IMG/VR virus record: IMGVR_UViG_2778261667_000005
Coordinates: 1-8,851 of that record
Reading direction: 5' to 3' (one strand)
DNA from: a virus
Lineage: Duplodnaviria; Heunggongvirae; Uroviricota; Caudoviricetes
Length of the DNA: 8,851 nucleotides
Position 1 is the first letter of the stretch. Every line of letters starts with the position of its first letter. The notes under the pieces are model-generated. The model worked only from the letters and a program-made list of their open reading frames with translations, made no database searches and was not told where the DNA came from. The position numbers were made by a program, and so were the translations under genes. Positions 6,465-8,851 of this stretch are shown here, one piece after another.

Positions 6465-6530
6465 CTTCCCACTTCTTAGTCCGCACCGTCTGTATGACGG
6501 ATTCTGGCCTTTTTACGATTTGTGCTTCCC

Positions 6531-6562
6531 TTTTGTTTGCGGGATAGCGCTTTTTGTTTGCG
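6531..6562. repeat. 11 bp direct repeat TTTTGTTTGCG x2, spaced 21 bp (two helical turns)
   Basis: Copies at 6531-6541 and 6552-6562, in non-coding DNA upstream of the Dar-like operon. Candidate regulator binding sites. Confidence 0.45.
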
Positions 6563-6667
6563 TCGCAGATTTCGGCTGGCATTAACTTCCGGAGTCTCAC
6601 TGACTCCATCGACACCAGTACACCAATGGGCGCTTTTCCTTTCACGTAATGGGGGGCGCTGACAGAA

Positions 6668-6829
6668 ATGGAATGCGAGCTTATCGAAGCTGACAGCCTC
6701 TGGAACGCGCCGTCAGGCTGAATATGGCAACGGATGAGGAACACACGACTGGAGGAGTGGGAACGCTACAGCGTTCTGGTCAGTCGTGTGGAGCCTGCAA
6801 ATCCTGAATGGACAGATAAACCAGAGTAA
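6668..6829 (+). pseudogene. Decayed remnant of a second tail-fibre assembly (Tfa) gene, C-terminal part only, convergent with the intact tfa
   Basis: Plus-strand frame reads [58 protein letters not shown]. The last about 30 residues match the Tfa C-terminal motif (lambda Tfa ...[26 protein letters not shown]..., and the intact Tfa here ...LINWMKYVQQVEATDTS...). In-frame TGA at 6719-6721. No Tfa-like sequence in any frame further upstream. Confidence 0.5.
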
Positions 6830-6833
6830 AAAT

Positions 6834-6861
6834 TAAGGCCCAGCATCGGGCCTTTTATTAT
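6834..6861. terminator. Bidirectional Rho-independent terminator between the convergent tfa and Tfa remnant
   Basis: Stem AGGCCC (6836-6841) pairs with GGGCCT (6848-6853) around a 6 nt loop. Followed by TTTATTATT on the plus strand and preceded by AAAAATT (T5 on the minus strand). The stops of both flanking reading frames abut it. Confidence 0.65.
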
Positions 6862-7277
6862 TCAGGCTGTTCCGGGAATATTACTGGTAGCGTAGAAGTG
6901 TCAGTTGCCTCAACTTGCTGCACGTATTTCATCCAGTTTATCAGTTGTTGTCTATCTGAATCACTGATAATCCCCAATGAAAGCTGAGTTTGCCAAAACT
7001 GAGTTTTATCCCTGACAAACTGTAGCAAGGATTGTTTCTTCTTTTCCGCCAGATTAATCATTTCAGCTTCAGTCAGTGGCTCTGGTTCTGTTACAACAGG
7101 CTGACCATCTTCATTGGGATTTATTGTTTTCCCCTCTGATTGTTTGTCAAGAAGATAACGATACCGTTTTTCTGAAATGGAAATAGCATCATTAGGCCAT
7201 GACCCATTGCTGTCATAATCATCCTTTAAATTATCATCATAAAAACCATTAGTTGACGGGCTGTAATATATCGTCAT
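6858..7277 (-). CDS. tfa: Tail fibre assembly protein (Tfa/gpU-type chaperone)
   Basis: 139 aa. N-terminal MTIYYSPSTNGFYDD is the typical Tfa start; the C-terminal ...LINWMKYVQQVEATDTSTLP... matches the Tfa C-terminal motif. ATG lies 1 nt after the tail-fibre stop (TAATATG). Confidence 0.8.
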   Translation of the reverse strand: MTIYYSPSTNGFYDDNLKDDYDSNGSWPNDAISISEKRYRYLLDKQSEGKTINPNEDGQPVVTEPEPLTEAEMINLAEKKKQSLLQFVRDKTQFWQTQLSLGIISDSDRQQLINWMKYVQQVEATDTSTLPVIFPEQPE

Positions 7278-7278
7278 A

Positions 7279-8271
7279 TTAATAACCTATAGCTGTCCAG
7301 TACATATTACCATTCCCTTCGCTATTGAAGGTTGCTCCAGTTTTGGATAGAGAGTTAACCGCAATGCTGTAATCAAAACGCCCATGAGCATTGGTAATTG
7401 TTATATTGACGCAGGCAGATGGGAAAGCGATAGGGAAAGTTAATCCCGCGCCAGCATTAGAAATATATCCCCACTGTGTGATGAGTCCAGTTGAAACATC
7501 TTTATGCCAGCCATTAGCGGCTTTTGATACAGTATTTTTTGCTTGATAACGGGAATCAAAATTACCGTAATCTGATGGAGTCACCTGACCTGCGACATTA
7601 ACTGGCTTGTTACTCTGCAAAGTACCATTCTGAAAGCGGAATACATGCTGGCCATTTGCATAAACATCAAGCAGGCCGTCACCGTTCTGTTTAAAACCAG
7701 TATCATTATCGCCAAGAACGATAGAGTTACCGCCAAGAGCATTTGCAGTACCCAGACCAAGAGAACCATTAACCGTTAAACCGTTCCCAATAGTTACTCC
7801 ACCACTGGCATCGTTAATGGTAAGCGGCCTTAAACTATTCCATGTTCCCAGGCTGTCGCCCGAATTGGTCAACATGAAGTATGTGTTTGAACCATCGTTT
7901 CGGATAAAGAATCCATAGTTACCCTGTACGATGCGGAAGCCGTTTCCTGATTTGGAAACAATCTCGCCAGCAGCCGTTAAACCGCCGGTAAGAGTTCCTC
8001 CTGTTATTGGCAATGCACCAATATCTTCAGGCGTGAGGTTAATGTCTTTTGAACCATCAAACGAAACGGAATTAATCTTTCGCGCGGTTTTTAGTTTTGT
8101 GGCTGTTGAGGCGTTTCCGGACAGCTCACCAGAAATGCCACCAACAACTGTTAGATCACCAGTTATTGTGCCGCCTGAACTTTCCAGTTTTTTAGCAACA
8201 TCACTCTTAATAGAGTCGATTTCTTTTTTCAGATTAGTTATATCTGCTGGTATCGTTGTCACTGTTGCCAT
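7279..8271 (-). CDS. Tail fibre protein: stand-alone 330 aa distal (receptor-binding) segment of lambda Stf / side-tail-fibre type
   Basis: Own ATG with SD TAAGGA 8 nt upstream. Contains ...ATKLKTARKINSVSFDGSKDINLTPEDIGA... and ...GGNSIVLGDNDTGFKQNGDGLLDVYANGQHVFRFQNG...GNFDSRYQ..., which are characteristic of lambdoid/P2/Mu-family side tail fibre distal regions. Immediately followed by tfa. Confidence 0.75.
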   Translation of the reverse strand: MATVTTIPADITNLKKEIDSIKSDVAKKLESSGGTITGDLTVVGGISGELSGNASTATKLKTARKINSVSFDGSKDINLTPEDIGALPITGGTLTGGLTAAGEIVSKSGNGFRIVQGNYGFFIRNDGSNTYFMLTNSGDSLGTWNSLRPLTINDASGGVTIGNGLTVNGSLGLGTANALGGNSIVLGDNDTGFKQNGDGLLDVYANGQHVFRFQNGTLQSNKPVNVAGQVTPSDYGNFDSRYQAKNTVSKAANGWHKDVSTGLITQWGYISNAGAGLTFPIAFPSACVNITITNAHGRFDYSIAVNSLSKTGATFNSEGNGNMYWTAIGY

Positions 8272-8280
8272 ATTAATTCC

Positions 8281-8559
8281 TTACGCCCATTCCCGCAGCG
8301 GTTGTTCTAATTGAACTTCAAAACCATCAAACATTTGTTGTTTCAAACTGTCGTTTAAAATACGAACATTAACAAAGAAGCCATCATTTTTAATCACTGT
8401 TGGTTCTTCGTTCTCGCCGTTTGGTATTTCGGTATATGTAATACCTACAACATCAAGAAGGATGTTGTTTTGCAGTTCTTCATTATCGTGCCAGGATATA
8501 CTCTCTAAAAAAGAGTCGTATTCTGCCCTGTCTCTGAATTTCAACGTAATATCTTTCAT
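8281..8559 (-). CDS. Hypothetical 92 aa protein between a LamG-domain protein and the tail fibre (possible adaptor/linker)
   Basis: ATG overlaps the upstream stop (TAATG). In the same reading frame as the downstream fibre gene, separated by TAA plus 3 codons. No motif recognised. Confidence 0.5.
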   Translation of the reverse strand: MKDITLKFRDRAEYDSFLESISWHDNEELQNNILLDVVGITYTEIPNGENEEPTVIKNDGFFVNVRILNDSLKQQMFDGFEVQLEQPLREWA

Positions 8560-8851
8560 TAAATAACCTCAGCCATTTGTTGGTCTGTCAATTCTTTATG
8601 CCAAATGCGTAAATTTTTCACATGACCAAATAAATGACGTAACCCCGCTGTAGTCTGGCCTCCAATACGGATGGTTGCAGAGTTCTGAATATAGGACCAC
8701 GTAGTCTTTGTTTCGCTGGATATGCGCCCGTTACTTACTGAGCACGTAGACTGATCTGACTTTACACGCATCCCCATAACCATTTTTTCAAGCGATGCGT
8801 TTTCGTTTACCCGTCTGTTAGCTCCTCCAATATCGCAATAAGGAAATCCGT
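8559..8851 (-). CDS. C-terminal end of a larger protein with a LamG/concanavalin-like (Laminin_G_3-type) domain; probable tail/baseplate or receptor-binding protein. N-terminus outside window
   Basis: The minus-strand frame stays open to the window end (...GFPYCDIGGANRRVNENASLEKMVMGM...), so the M at 8783 used by the ORF track is internal. C-terminus ...ATIRIGGQTTAGLRHLFGHVKNLRIWHKELTDQQMAEVI matches the terminal beta-strand signature of LamG-like jelly-roll domains (F-G-h-h-D/N-h-R-I-W/Y-x-x-x-L-S/T-x-x-Q/E-h). Confidence 0.45.
   Translation of the reverse strand, partial: GFPYCDIGGANRRVNENASLEKMVMGMRVKSDQSTCSVSNGRISSETKTTWSYIQNSATIRIGGQTTAGLRHLFGHVKNLRIWHKELTDQQMAEVI

Noticed and set aside
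6406-6744. 112 aa minus-strand ORF, and a GTG-initiated plus-strand ORF (about 6436-6600), in the intergenic leader
   Set aside because: Translations are Arg/Ser/His/Cys-rich and run through the GC hairpin and direct repeats. No RBS. The region is better explained as a regulatory leader plus the Tfa remnant. Low confidence in this rejection; a small gene is not excluded.
7581-8314. ORFs of 62 aa (minus) and 127 aa (plus) overlapping the tail-fibre gene
   Set aside because: Out-of-frame or antisense overlaps of a strongly supported fibre coding frame.
1-8851. Searched by eye for Gin/Cin/Pin-type crossover sites (AAACC-nn-GGTTT core), an invertase gene, CRISPR repeats, and tRNA/rRNA signatures
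   Set aside because: None found. The nearest AAACC...GGT matches (for example around 278-290 and 6818-6826) lack the symmetric GGTTT half. The invertible-segment idea is therefore kept only as a fossil interpretation of the Tfa remnant.

Overview
This 8.85 kb window reads as a mosaic temperate-phage (enterobacterial-type) late/accessory region with three modules. (1) Plus strand, 1-1062: a HicA/HicB toxin-antitoxin pair (hicA is cut by the window start) followed by an AT-richer 99 aa orphan gene and convergent terminators. (2) Minus strand, 6366 down to 1190: six tightly coupled genes of 108/148/205/650/122/461 aa. The first is holin-like and the second has one N-terminal TM helix. By gene order, sizes and an internal paralogy, the rest resemble the phage P1 dar (defence against restriction) operon lydA-lydB-hdf-darA-ddrA-ddrB as I recall it. 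The last gene carries a ParB/Srx-like N-terminal domain with a divergent motif. (3) Minus strand, 8851 down to 6858: the C-terminus of a larger protein with a LamG-like domain, a 92 aa ORF, a stand-alone 330 aa lambda Stf-like distal tail fibre, and a tail-fibre assembly chaperone (Tfa). Between modules 2 and 3 lies a 490 bp non-coding stretch holding a decayed Tfa C-terminal remnant on the opposite strand, a bidirectional terminator, a perfect 8 bp GC hairpin and an 11 bp direct repeat. I found no rRNA, tRNA or CRISPR array. The most interesting candidates are the ParB/Srx-like 461 aa protein, the Dar-like cluster as a whole, and the 99 aa orphan. All functional calls are from reading translations by eye; no searches were run.
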